DNA of 64,000 nucleotides from Bigelowiella natans CCMP2755 (taxonomy: Eukaryota > Protista > Cercozoa), in assembly GCA_000320545.1 (NCBI GenBank), contig ADNK01002544.1, positions 77,974 through 141,973 on the forward strand, given 5' to 3'. This document shows, in pieces, positions 49,255 through 61,326 of this stretch. Position numbers and translations under genes: made by a program. Each line of letters opens with the position of its first letter. The first letter of the stretch is position 1. Under the pieces are notes generated by a model, which was given only the letters and a program-made list of their open reading frames with translations, was not told the origin of the DNA and made no database searches.

Positions 49255-50429
49255 TTGCACACAGAGGCGCTGGTCCGAAACGAATTTTCCCAATGAACAA
49301 TGAAGTTGCATGATGCAGCAACGCATCGAGATCCATCCTCTACTTGATTGAAAATGATTGAAGAAAATGATCGCACGAAAGCAAGGCAGCTAGACCACCT
49401 TGCGTTTCGCGGAACCCAGATCAACTAGGGGCCGCCTGCACCTGTGCACCTGATTGGGCCTTCCAGTTTTGCCCGGTCTTGCCTCCCAATGCACATCACA
49501 AATGCAGTTTGGGTCAGTTGTGTGTGCGAACATTTGCGTGCAAATGGTCGCACACAGTGTCTGAGATGGCTCCGCAATGCGGCCATCTTGCCGCCTAGTT
49601 TCTGGTCATGTTGTGGATGCATGCAAAATCCACAACTGTGAGTCAAAACTGTGTCATTTGCGGGCTCCTCAGTGAAGCCCTGCACCCATGATGGGAATCA
49701 CGGTCCCGGAAAGGAAATTGAAGCCAAGGCAGCTTCTCTGCCTTCAGCTTTTGCAACTTCATTTTCACATGTCCTGTGGATGTTTGTGTCGTCTGCAGAT
49801 GCATGCCCTCCCCATGCAACCACATTCATTCCCCTCCCCCCCCCTCTCCCTCCGCGCACCTTGCACCCCAGCCGTGGGTGCTTGTCTGGCGCCTTTGTTT
49901 CATGAGTGAGCGAACAAACATTTGAGCATTTGTTGCTTTTCTCACTCTAGCACGGGCATTTGAAGGAACACCGAAGTGGTGCTTTCCCTTTTTTTTTCAT
50001 TTTTTTTTCAGACATTTTTTTCAAGGGAGATGTCTCCGGGACATCTCCCGAGTTTCGTCACATTTTTTCCGAAACGATGCACCCCAATGGGCATCGCCTT
50101 TTCCCCCCTCTCTTGCTGATCAACAGAAGAGAGGAAAAGGGTGGCGTGGTCGTGGGACGTTGTCCCAGCGGTGCCACTGCAGGATCAATGATCCTGGCAG
50201 CTCGTGAGACTGAGCAGATCAGTTTTTCACGATGGCTGCATGCATGCATGCACGCATGCACGCGTGCCAGCCGTTGTTTTTGTCTGCTCTGGCTCTGGCA
50301 TGCTGGCCAGGACAGTTTTTGATGATGCGCATGGTCATCTTTTCTGTCCTGGAGCATGGGGCAACAACACATCGCCCGTGTGTTGCACTTCGCAATTTGC
50401 TGCACAGCAAATTGAAGGAAAGGGCAGCG

Positions 50430-50833
50430 TGTTGGAGTGCTTTGCACTCAATGCGCGAAGTGCATGCTTGTGGTGGCAGTGGCAACGCCGGCGGGCGTTT
50501 GCAGGCTGCGACAAGCAGTGCAGAATGGACTTCCAATGCAGGCAGGTTCTGTGCCTGCGACAAGGCAGGACAGTGCTCATGTGCTGCATCAGCCATGTGC
50601 CAGCAAAGGAAGTGGGCGCGTCTTCCTTCCTTCTGCAGCACGATGTCATGCACGCAGTTCAGGTGATTTCGCCTGATGACAGTTGACTTGGCACATGCAT
50701 GTGAAAAGGTCCGAACTCATCAGAGAATCGAGGCAGCCGCTTGTGCAGCTGACCTCCCACCCTTCCTTCCTTCCTCCATCTGACTGTGCTGCTAGCCTGC
50801 ATTCTGCACCGCGCCGCCCATTCACTTCCAACA
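50430..50833 (+). repeat. ~400-bp direct repeat, copy 2
   Basis: Near-identical to 44678-45081. Confidence 0.95.
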
Positions 50834-50895
50834 AAGCCAAGTGCCACAAAGTCAGCAACCCCGTGGACTGACTGGTCTGAGCTGGGGACGGCACG

Positions 50896-53200
50896 TTGGA
50901 GTGCTTTGCACTCAGCGCGCGAAGTGCTTGCTTGAGCAGCCAGCTGCAACGGCAGAGAAACCTGCGGGCGTTTGCAGGCTGCGACAAGCACGCAGCAAGA
51001 GGCTGCAAGTGCAGGCGAGTTCATAAGTTCTGTGCCTGCGACACGCAAGTCGCGGCACGTCGCTGCGTGCACCTCCTTTGTGCCAACAAAGGAAGCAAGC
51101 CTGGTGACCTGCTTGACTGATGGCACCATGCATCGCCACGTGGTGCACGTGGTTTGGGCACTTTCGCCTGGCCAGTGTGATGTGTGTGACCTGTGTTGCA
51201 TGCACGTGCAAAAAGGTCAGCCACGTCATCACAGAATCCGAACAGACCACCGTCTGTCCCCCCCCCTCTGCCTCTGGCGCACACCTCTTCTCCGAGGGAG
51301 CTCCTGCGTCCTGAAAAGGATGACAAAGTCAGCTTGCATCGTTGAGATGCCAATGACATTGACACGTTCAAAGAACAGCACCATTGGACTGAGGGAACTT
51401 GTCCACCTTTGACACCAAGCTCGGCTCCGGCCTTGCTGGGTTGTCCGTGTGGTCAACGAGGGAGTGACAAGTGAATCGTTGGCAAGTTGAGTGCAGCCAC
51501 GTGGTGAAAACGATGAGGAAGGTCCTGGCCACTTCGTCGTTGAGCAGCTCAGGCACACCAAGTGCCTGCAGCACCGACGACCGGCTCCGGCCGCGCTCGT
51601 TCAGGTGCCCAAACAACCAAAGTGCAGTTGCGCATTGAAGCACACCAAACCAGCAAGAGTGAAAACAAAAAGGAAACACCCAGCTGTGAACGTGTTGGGT
51701 GTGCAGCTGAGGCAGACCAACTGCCTGCAGCTGCGTGCACATCGACACACAAGGGAAGGGACCACCTCACTTCCTTTTCCCGCCTTCCCATGCAGCTGAC
51801 TTCTGTTGCCTGCAAAGTGAGCAAGCACAAGCAGAAGTTGGAGGAGGTCACACGAAGTTGCACGAAGAGTGCAAGTCTCAGAGCCAAGGTGGCTCCACTG
51901 CCTGCAGCTTTTGGGCTGCAATTTCAGGACGTGTTGCAGACTCGTGTGAAGTCCACGGCTGTGACCCAAAGTTGGACCATCCGCAGGCTTCTCAGTGAAG
52001 CTCTGCGGCAGCAATGGGGTCGTGTTGAGCACGACCCCGCAAAGAAAGTTTGAGCCAAGGCAAGTCAACTGCTCTCAGCCCAAACGTTCCAGGTTCCGTG
52101 GGAGCTGCAGAGTTTTGCAAAACCCACGGCCAGGGCCTGGTGGTTTTCACGTGACCCTGGCCCTTCCCCCCCTCCCTCCCCTCGCCACCCTGGTGCCTTC
52201 CGCACGGGGTGTGCGAGTTGGGTCCCCTTGGTTTGTGCGGCGGCGAACAAGTGTTCAAACGTTCGTTGCCGCTCGCACTCAGGTGCAGCTCTCTTGGTTC
52301 AAGTGCCAAAGAGCCTTGCATCCCGTGTGCAAGCGGACGAACACTCGAACACCCATTGTCGCTTGCACCAAAACTGAGGTCTTTGGTGTTGAACCAAAGA
52401 GCCTTCCCCTCCTTTTTTTTCCACGGGAGACGTCTCCGAGACACCTCGCCGGTCTCGTTTTTTTTTTCGAGACGTCACGAGGGGACGTTGTGTTTTTTCC
52501 TCCCCCTTTCCTTCCTGATCAACGGAAGGGAGAAAAAGGGAAGCGTGGGCGTGGAGTGCGCTTCGTGCCATCCCAGCGACACCACGTCAGGATCGATGGT
52601 CCTGGGAGCTCGAGGGGACGAGCAGAGCAGTTTTTCCCAACTGCGGCACGTGTGCATGCACGCACGCACACGATGCTCTCGTTGTTTTTGTCTGCTCTGG
52701 CTCTCCCTCGATGCTCGGGACAGTTTTTTGGTGGTTCGTGTGGTCACCTTCCCTGTCCGGAGCGCATGGCGTGAGCACACGCGTGCGCAATGCACTTCGC
52801 AACTTGCTGCACAGCAAGTTGGGAGAGAGGGCAGCGTGTTGGAGTGCTTTGCACTCAGCGCGCGAAGTGCTTGCTTGAGCAGCCAGCTGCAACGGCAGAG
52901 GAACCTGCGGGCGTTTGCAGGCTGCGACGAGCACGCAGCAAGAGGCTGCAAGTGCAGGCGAGTTCTGTGCCTGCGACACGCAAGTCGCGGCACATCGCTG
53001 CGTGCACCTCCTTTGTGCCAACGAAGGAAGCATGCCTGGTGACCTGCTTGACTGATGGCACCGTGCATCGCCACGTGGTGCACGTGGTTTGGGCACTTTC
53101 GCCCAGCTGGCGTGACGTGTGTGACCTGTGTTGCACGCGTGTGCAAAAAGGTCAGCCACACCGTCACAAAATCCGAACAGACCACCGTCTGTCGCTCCCC
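50896..53200 (+). repeat. Further paralogous repeat copies (50896-51270 matches 52838-53200; 49550-50430 matches 51870-52840)
   Basis: GTTGGAGTGCTTTGCACTCAGCGCGCGAAGTGCTTGCTTGAGCAGCCAGCTGCAACGGCAGAG... at 50896 and 52838; CTCAGTGAAGC block at 49668 and 51991. Confidence 0.88.
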
Positions 53201-54164
53201 CTCTTTTGGCGGGCTTGCGGTGGCTGCTGGTGCTTGTGCGCGGGACTGTGCTGTCGACGTCACCAAGTCAACACGCTGTCTCGTGTGCTTTTGAACCCTG
53301 GTGACGACTTGCGAGGAAAACAAGAGGTTGGCACAGGAGCAGAACAGGCAGTGGGTTCAGAGGGTTCACGAGGTGCAAGGAGCATCGTGCCCTTCGAAGC
53401 AAAGGAGAAGAGGAGAAGAAGCAAGCGTGTGAAACGATGCCCTGACAATGGACCGCACTTGTTCAAGTGGCAGAGTGAACGAGCCTGGAGGAACACAACT
53501 TGTGAAGGGAGGCAGCAGAGTCAACAAGCCTGGGAGAACACAATTGGCAGAAGGAAGCAGCAGGAGCGACACGGGTTGAGGCCGCAGAGGAGTCTGGGTG
53601 AGTGGAGTTGCATTGCTTGCACAGAGGGAGCAGTGTGTGACAATGCAGCTTTGACCAGGTGGTGCCAATGGTGACACAGACGTCAAACGCTTCAAGGGTG
53701 CATGCGTGCCTGACGTTGATGGCGTGCACGTCAACCACTGCGCACGTTGTGCATTGACAGCTGGTGCTGTCCAAGCAGAACGTGTGTCACGTGCATCAAG
53801 GATGTCAAGAGTTGCTTTGAGCACGATGGATCACGTCAATGGGTTTGCACGGTGCACGCGCAGGGTCGTGCAAGACCTGGTTGAGTGCACACGTTTGGCG
53901 GGCGGTGCCATTGCACGATGGGACGAACGACGTTGTCGTGCACAGCTCGTGCGTGCAAGAAGCTTGTTGTTTGTGCACGTGCAATGAAGAGCCTGGCTTC
54001 GTGCACATCGATGATCCCAAACCAAAACGAGTGGATTGGCGTTGTCGAGCGTGCAACACACGAGGCAGTCCGTGAAGTTGCAAGGTGCACTCATTGCAGA
54101 CACAGCAGTGCACTGTGCACGTGACGTGCATTGTGCATTGCGTGTCCATCGTGCAAACTGCCGG

Positions 54165-54580
54165 AGGGAGGTGGCTCACGACGGCCGAGAAACAAAGGTC
54201 GGCGTGCTCGTCACGCAAGAGACGCCTCCTCGTTCCCGTGACGAGGACGACCCCCATTGGGTCGGTCCATGCCGGGTTGCCAGGCGCATCGGAAGGAGGG
54301 TCTGTGGGACAATTGACACCTGCGAAGGAAAAGAAATTGGCAGGCAGGTGGACCACCTCAAAGTTTTCAACGTTGGTGACAACGTTGTCAAGGACCTGGT
54401 CCCGACGCAGGCGGGAGGACGTTGCCTCCAACTCCTCTCGCGAGTTGGGACTGCAGTGTTTCAGGACGTCATCCGACTTTCGTGTCCAGCACTTGTGAAC
54501 GTCACACGAACGCCTGCCGAGTGCATTGCTTCTCAACCCCACCCTGGCGAGAACGCACCAACTCAGCGGGTGTGTTGAGG
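54165..54580 (+). pseudogene. Hypermutated relic of a related Ty3/Gypsy pol C-terminus (post-integrase SH3-like region plus start of the Dam-like domain)
   Basis: EVAHDGRETKVGVLV...RSRDEDDPHWVGPCRVARRIGRRVC...RQVDHLKVFNVGDNVVKDL...PHPGE vs intact KVPYDGRVLKEGQYV...RSRNKQDPFWGGVAKVTERKGRKQY...RHISHLKNYDIGEKLLEDV...GYPGL. Confidence 0.78.
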
Positions 54581-55253
54581 AACCTCGCACGAACTTGGTG
54601 GAGCACGAACGTGGACCCGCAAGGCTTTCAACCACAAACGTTCCAAAGAAGTTTGGTGGTTGACTCGTGTGCCACCACCAAGTTGGAACCAGAAGTGCAC
54701 AGGGAGGTTCAAGAACCGTTGGGTTTGCGAAGGAAAGGGGGGACACCTTTCTTCGAGCAAAGTGGGTGGGAGCACGATGGAAGCAACAGTGGATTCAAAG
54801 GAAGCAGGTGCGAAAGTGGTTGTCTCTTTTCAAAAAGGCCCAACAATTTCAGTCTTTCCGTGCAAACAGCTGCCTTTGTCACCCACTTCCTTCGGTGGAG
54901 TCCCATTCGAGAACGTTCTGCGGGGATTCGGGGCGAAGCCCGAGATTGGGATTCATGAACACTTCAACACTTCACATGTCGCTCGGTCGTTTCCCCTGTG
55001 ACAGAGCCCATTTGAAACCTAGGCAAAAAAGTCACAAAGATCCAACATTGTGCCGATTCTTTCATGTTTGCAGCCCAAATGCAGGCCATTTTTCTGTTTA
55101 TCGCACTAGTTTGTACGCAAGATTGGTCTGAATTTGGTTTGGCAAGATTTCAAACAATTTGCATCGCAGGCAAAGGGGGGAAGAAGGCAAGGGGGGAGGT
55201 CATTTCGAAATTGACAATCTCATTGAGTTCATCAAATTCATCAAAGCTCAACG

Positions 55254-58200
55254 ATGGGTGGTAGCATTGGAATGTGCTATGCATCTGGACAGTCTGGACC
55301 ACGAGGTGGGGCATGCAACTTCAACTTCACATATGAGGAAGAAGCAGGTGGCAAAAAAGAGGTAAATGTGCAGGTCTCATCTTGTTCATCACGAGGATTT
55401 AACAACTTCGTCTAAATTTGAATAGGCAAAGACAGTTTGTGTACTATTTGACTTTGATGGCACCATAGGAAACACTAACAAAGCAGCAATGGAGGTAAAT
55501 CTCAACACTGAACGCAAAGAATGCGCATTACAAAAAACATCATTGCAGGTTGCATTTTGGGAACTCGCCCCTTACTTTGTAAGAATTGGTGATTTTGACG
55601 TTAATCTCAACACTTACGCTTCATTTTGTATCTAAGTGTATATATTTGAGTAGATCCTGGTCGTATTGAGGAGAAAAAGGAGAAAAAGACAGTGTGGGTG
55701 CGAAAGAATGCAGGTTTAATTCGTATGCGTTTTAAAAAATTATTGCTAAAAATTTTGACTACATATATTTCCAGGGCACTCATTCGAATATCTAATGAAG
55801 GTACTAAATAGGTCTTCTATGGATATGAAGATTATAAGATATAAACCCCCTCATTTATGATGCTCCGTATGACTAGGAAGTTGAAAAGGCTCGTGAACGA
55901 GTAGGATTGCCATCAATAGAGGATGTACGGAGGGTGATTACAAAATAAAATTTTACATTATTCATTTATTATATCAAATATTTCATTTCATAGTCGGGCT
56001 CTCATAATAGAAAACTCCTGCGAAAGATTGACAAAGGTATGTTGTCGCTAAAATGTAACACGATTACATCATCGACTTCCCTTTTGGTATCTAGCTCGAG
56101 CCAGACTCCGGTTGTGGCCACTTGAAGACACAAAGTTTTCCTCGTATGTCATGTTGAACTTGAAATAGAAATGTTGCTGTTTTCAAAGTAGTGTGACTCT
56201 TAGATTACTGGAGCAGGCCAAAGATGAAATGAACTCTGTGACACGGGTTATTCGAAAATTAAATCTGTATGATTGTGTCGTTTGGTATCATCGTTCAAAA
56301 GAAAGGATCACTAATTGATTATGAATTAAAGGTTCTTACTTCACCGACAGATGGCATTGAAACTGTAAGTACATCACTTGAAATTAGGTTTAAATATGAA
56401 AACGCACTCAAATGATTCTTGTGAACTCATTTGGCACATGACAGTTCTGTTTATACTTATTTGTATTATTATGCATTGTTATTAAAGCTGCTTTTGAACC
56501 TCGAAGATGATCATGTAAGCTAAGTTGTGATATTGTTGGAAGAGAGTTGAAATTAAAATTTTGGCGTCTAGATTCCATTTTCAATTGCGAGTACTAGCTC
56601 ACGCGATCGAATCTTGGTATATTCAAAAATTTGTTACACACAATGGAACATACGGCATTTGAACGGGTAAGATTTTTAGTGGATAACTTTTCCTTGCAGA
56701 CATGCCTTCGGAGCATCGGATACGACCACTACTTCCCAAATAACAAAATTCACAGTGGTTGGTAAATTTGTCAAATCATATTTTTATCTGAATTGTGAAC
56801 ATTAATTGTCACTTTTCCCATAATATGAACGTTGATGGCAATACATCTCGATGATCATACAGCTGAAAGTGATTTTAAACCGTCCCGTTTCAAGCCACAT
56901 CCAGATGTATATTTAAAAGGTTTTTCTTTTCTCACAGTCTTACAAAAATGATATTTTGAAATCTGATAATTTTAAATTTCATTCCATTCAAGTAATAACA
57001 CCATTGTTCAGCTTCTAGGGCGGAAGGTTTTCTTCCAAAATATTGTGTCGCAATTGAGGTTGACTTAAATCACTATTGTAATTACACAAATATTCATTAG
57101 TAAGAGAACACAAATTCGATAAGTCTGATTGGAATTTAGGATAGCGCAGTGGGAATTGCAGCAGCAGCTCATGCTAGAATTGGCTTTATTATCGGGTAAT
57201 TCAGTTATGACTCTATCTCTTCGTGAGGATCACTAAAAAACTCGTTAACTTTTCAGTTTGATTGTAGTTCTATCTTCATTTTGATTGTTTTAACAATGTT
57301 TTTTTTATGAATTAATTTTTTTCCCCTTACTTACTTGTTCATTGTGTCAATTGTCTTGCAGTTATGTGGGGGGATCCCATATTCCTAAAGTAATTAGAGA
57401 ACATCATGCTAGAGATTTACTCCGAGGTAAATATAGATTTGTTCATATCGGATACTCCATCTAATACCTAGTTATATATATTGTAAACGTTTAGGTCGGT
57501 TATCAAAGGATGGCCGAGGTGCAAACGTTGTTATAGAAGATATCCGAGATGCGCATGAACTTGTTAGGTCGTATTTTTTCCCTATTTCAACGTAAAAGTT
57601 GAAATTGATGAATTCCATCTGTTTAATTTAATAGAGTTTTCAAAACCTAATACTACATCCTAATTATTTTAAATAAGATGGTTTTATCGGGAGATTGAGT
57701 CAGGACGTTCGGTGCGTATCATAAAATGTTGACCGTTTCTGAAAGCACAGTATAATTTTAAATTGGGTTCATTTTTTTTATTTGAATAATGAAGGTTCCA
57801 CCAGGAAAGGTGACTATGGATGCTTTGCACGTAATCAGCATGGGCAAACACTATGCTAATCGAGGTAAGTATCTCTAGATAAAATACAGACACATTGAAT
57901 CATTATCACTCCTATTAGATACATGTTAACATTCATTTTACATTGTTCCTTTCTAAATTAGACAAAGTAATTGGCATTAACGAGAATTTTGTGGTATGAA
58001 TTTAAACACCAATCAATATTTAATTAAAAATTTAATGCCTTTTATCTCCATTGAATATGGAAACACCTATTAACAACGTACATGTAACTAATATGGATAG
58101 GTGGTTCCGTCACCAGTCCATACGAGGAGAAATCGAAGAGTTGCCACACCCGTTCGTTCTTGTAATAAGTGATTTTTATATAATTTTTGATTCTCATTCA

Positions 58201-59383
58201 TTTTCCACACAGATGATCAGATGATAGCTAATAGGCTTCGAATACTAACATCCGCATGATTTTGTTGATTTAGCTGGAAGTCGAAGAGGAAGTGATGCAA
58301 GTGACAGAGGTATGAATAACTTTGAGAAAGAATTTTATGACGCTGGGTAGAATCTAAGATAAAATGATGATAGATTGGAATGAACAAATAGTCCAGTCGC
58401 CGATCTATTAATGAAATAATCAATTTACTAGGCGCAGCTATCAATGCTCTAAGCGTGGGTGGTGGAATGTTATCAAGTTTTAACAGCAGCAGAGCCCCCG
58501 GTACAGGACTAAGAAAAACTGTTTTTCTTAAAATTTAAAATTACCATTTTATGTTTACAGGGTACTGAACTATGAACTATGCGCCCAATTATGCGTTCAA
58601 ACAGTTAGTGCCTCAGGAAGCAGGGGCAGTGTGTCTAGCCGACGTGGCAGCACAGATTCTACTAACAGCTACGTTGATCGTGAGTTTCTACGATATTTCG
58701 TTACAGACACTTGTTGAAATAACGAACATAAAGATATTTGATCTGGAACTTTCTTACACAACACAATGTACACGTTTGAATTCTCCACGGCAATAATCAC
58801 CAAAGTACGAAAATATATATTATATAAACTCCTTCCCTAGGGATCAATGGATTAACACCAATGGGCACACCAAAGACTAAACCATCGAATACAGCCGTGG
58901 TAATATTTATTAAAGCTAGTTAGTTAATTTGTAAGAAATGTTTTGAATGCTATACACATGTTCTCCAACTTTAGGTGCGAACAGGAAGCCCTTTATATCG
59001 TGCCACAAGCCCAATAGCTGGAGGTCAATTCACTTATTAAAACCGTTTTCAACTTTAACATTGAGCACAGGAAATAGTGCATTAATATATATTGTGATAT
59101 ATTAGGAAGAGGACCATATGGAATTGGAGGCTCTAGAAGAGCTCCAAGCCCAATCGACGTACGTGATTATTTCATGTTCGAATTTGTTAGAAGGAATGCA
59201 TTACGTCTCATCTGAGTGTGTGTTTTATTATTTGTACTTGCTGTTGGTTGTCAGGTGTGCCGTGCTCGTAGTTCTCACAGTCGTGGGGCAAGTTTATCAC
59301 AGAGTAGTCGGGGAGCCTTGGCAGCTGGTGTTGCTCACACACGTGGACACAGTGTCGGTGCTACTTTGAATCGCCACCGGTAA
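55254..59383 (+). CDS. HAD-superfamily hydrolase (CbbY/beta-phosphoglucomutase-like), many small exons; Ser/Gly-rich C-terminal extension tentative
   Basis: Motif I VLFDFDGTIGNT, motif II IPFSIASTSSRDRI, motif III RFKPHPDVYLK, motif IV CVAIE|DSAVGIAAA, then GYVGGSHI. N-terminus is MGGSIGMC. Confidence 0.88.
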
Positions 59384-60362
59384 CTGAAGGCTGGGCCATA
59401 CATGGCATGAGACCCATCTTGACACGTGTGTGCAAGCTATCAATGCATGCTCCAATGCGTAGTCATAATTGAATAAAAAGAGAGTTTATATACACGGTCG
59501 GTCGCCTAGCTAGTTAGGACGTCGACACATTCATACAAGGAGCTAGGTAAACAGGCTCAGGGAGCTCTAGCTAGCTAGAGCTAGATGGTCGTAGTTGTGC
59601 TGTCCATGCATCTAGACATGTGAAATGAACATCTGCACATGTCTAGATGTAGATGTTGAACCCTAGAACTGGCGAAATATGTTCAGACAATGCTCACCCC
59701 ACGCTTTTACAAAATCGAATGTAGTAGCCATACTGGCATGTCTAGATGTCACATGCTAGCATGATTAGGCATACACAGTCTAGCAGTGTACCCACGCTGT
59801 TACAAAAGTGACGACATCTACGCGGTCATGGATAGCTGCAAAACATGCGTATGTATAGATATCTAAGCATGATCAGCTAAACAGCGGCAAAGCACTTGCT
59901 AGCTTGGGTTACTTCAACGATTTTGATGCTGCTTAGCTAGCTAGCTAGTTAGCTCAGCCCTGTGCTTCATCAGCCATCGTCGTCTTCATCTCTTGCTGCT
60001 GCCCACCTGAAGTAGCGGCATTTTCCTCGATTCGCGGAGTTGCAGGAGGTACTGACCCGCTAGCGATGTTGTCATTTCTGGAATCTCTATTGTCGATGTT
60101 GGTGGTGCTTTCCGACGCAGTCATCGCCTTCCTGGGCATCATGCGCGTTTAGGCAAAATTAGTAACAACTAGCACCTAACTAGCTGAGCAAAAACCTGTA
60201 TCTTACGTGTATTTTACGTATTAAACCCCCATCTAGATGTGTGTAAAACGCAAGCTTTGTTGATATCAAGATGTTGACCTTCTAGCTTCCTCTCGGTCCT
60301 CTCGCAACTTCCGCTGTCTATTCAGATACTTTTCAGCCTGCGAATATTTATCCATGCACGCC

Positions 60363-61281
60363 TCAAAAGGCAGACTCACTCACGTGGGCATTCCGGCTCG
60401 ATAGAGTGTGTGGAATAAGGCGTCTGAGGGCTAAAAACTGATTTGGAAAAAGACGAGTTCTGACCTCCATTGCCTCCGTATCGCTCTTTCTACGGGCGTT
60501 TTTGCGGTTTATTCCTTGCGAAGAATTATCGTCCACCTTCAAGTGGAAAGCAATCACCAAAAAGCAACAACAGCAATTAACATCAACACCAGCATTGTCA
60601 CCGATATCCCCCACATATTGGCTAGCACACAGATCGGTTGACATCGTACAGATGTCATATCTATATATACATAGCTAAGTATAAATAGAACCCCACACAC
60701 ACACACACACATAAATATGAATATCTGTATGCAATATATAACATTCACAGGAGTCTAGCCGCGACCTTAAGAAGGACGACATCGTAGAGCAGAGTAGCGT
60801 TTGCTGGGATTTTAACTCCTCCAACAACACTGGGAGAATCGCCTTTGTCGCCCATCCGTCCCACGACACATAGAAGGAAGGGGGTGGGGGAGAGGAAGAG
60901 AGAGAAGCGACAAGAATACACACATCCACTCAAATATGACCGATCTACTGCTGGTGCTGCAGCTGATGATGATAATGATGCTCTTTACAAAAAAGTGCGG
61001 CTACGAATAAACAACAATCACTCATTAAAACTGTATATCTACACAGCAGCATGCTCGAAAGAATAGAGAAAGGCTGTAGGGATTAATACTACCAAATCCG
61101 GACGTGGGGGGAACTTCGATTAGCCTCTCGCTACCAGCTCGCATACCTGGCATTGTTATGACAAACAATGATGATAATGACAACATTATATTCAAACAAC
61201 ATAATAATCTCGCTAAGTAGTCGATTTAGAATAAATACCAGATTCTATTCAATAGATGCGAATAATGATATCCCCCCTTCT

Positions 61282-61326
<45 letters not shown>

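Larger units (their letters stand above)
49255..55019. other. Second TpA-erased hypermutated block
   Basis: Remaining TA are in CTAG (49391, 49426, 49596, 49948, 50793) plus one at 51024. None seen from ~51030 to 55019. Confidence 0.93.

Noticed and set aside
44678-50833. The 400-bp direct repeats as LTRs of a second retroelement
   Set aside because: No PBS, PPT, TSD or gag-pol between them, and they are sub-segments of a longer multi-copy repeat family.
30595-55019. ADAR-type RNA hyper-editing of retroelements as the cause of the A->G excess
   Set aside because: Changes are on both strands, continue across a DNA transposon, a tRNA and an RNR fragment, differ between post-duplication copies, and spare CTAG.
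30595-55019. Classical fungal RIP or CpG deamination
   Set aside because: The direction is opposite: TA is lost and CpG is abundant. Conserved Tyr and stop codons polarise the change as TA->TG/CA.
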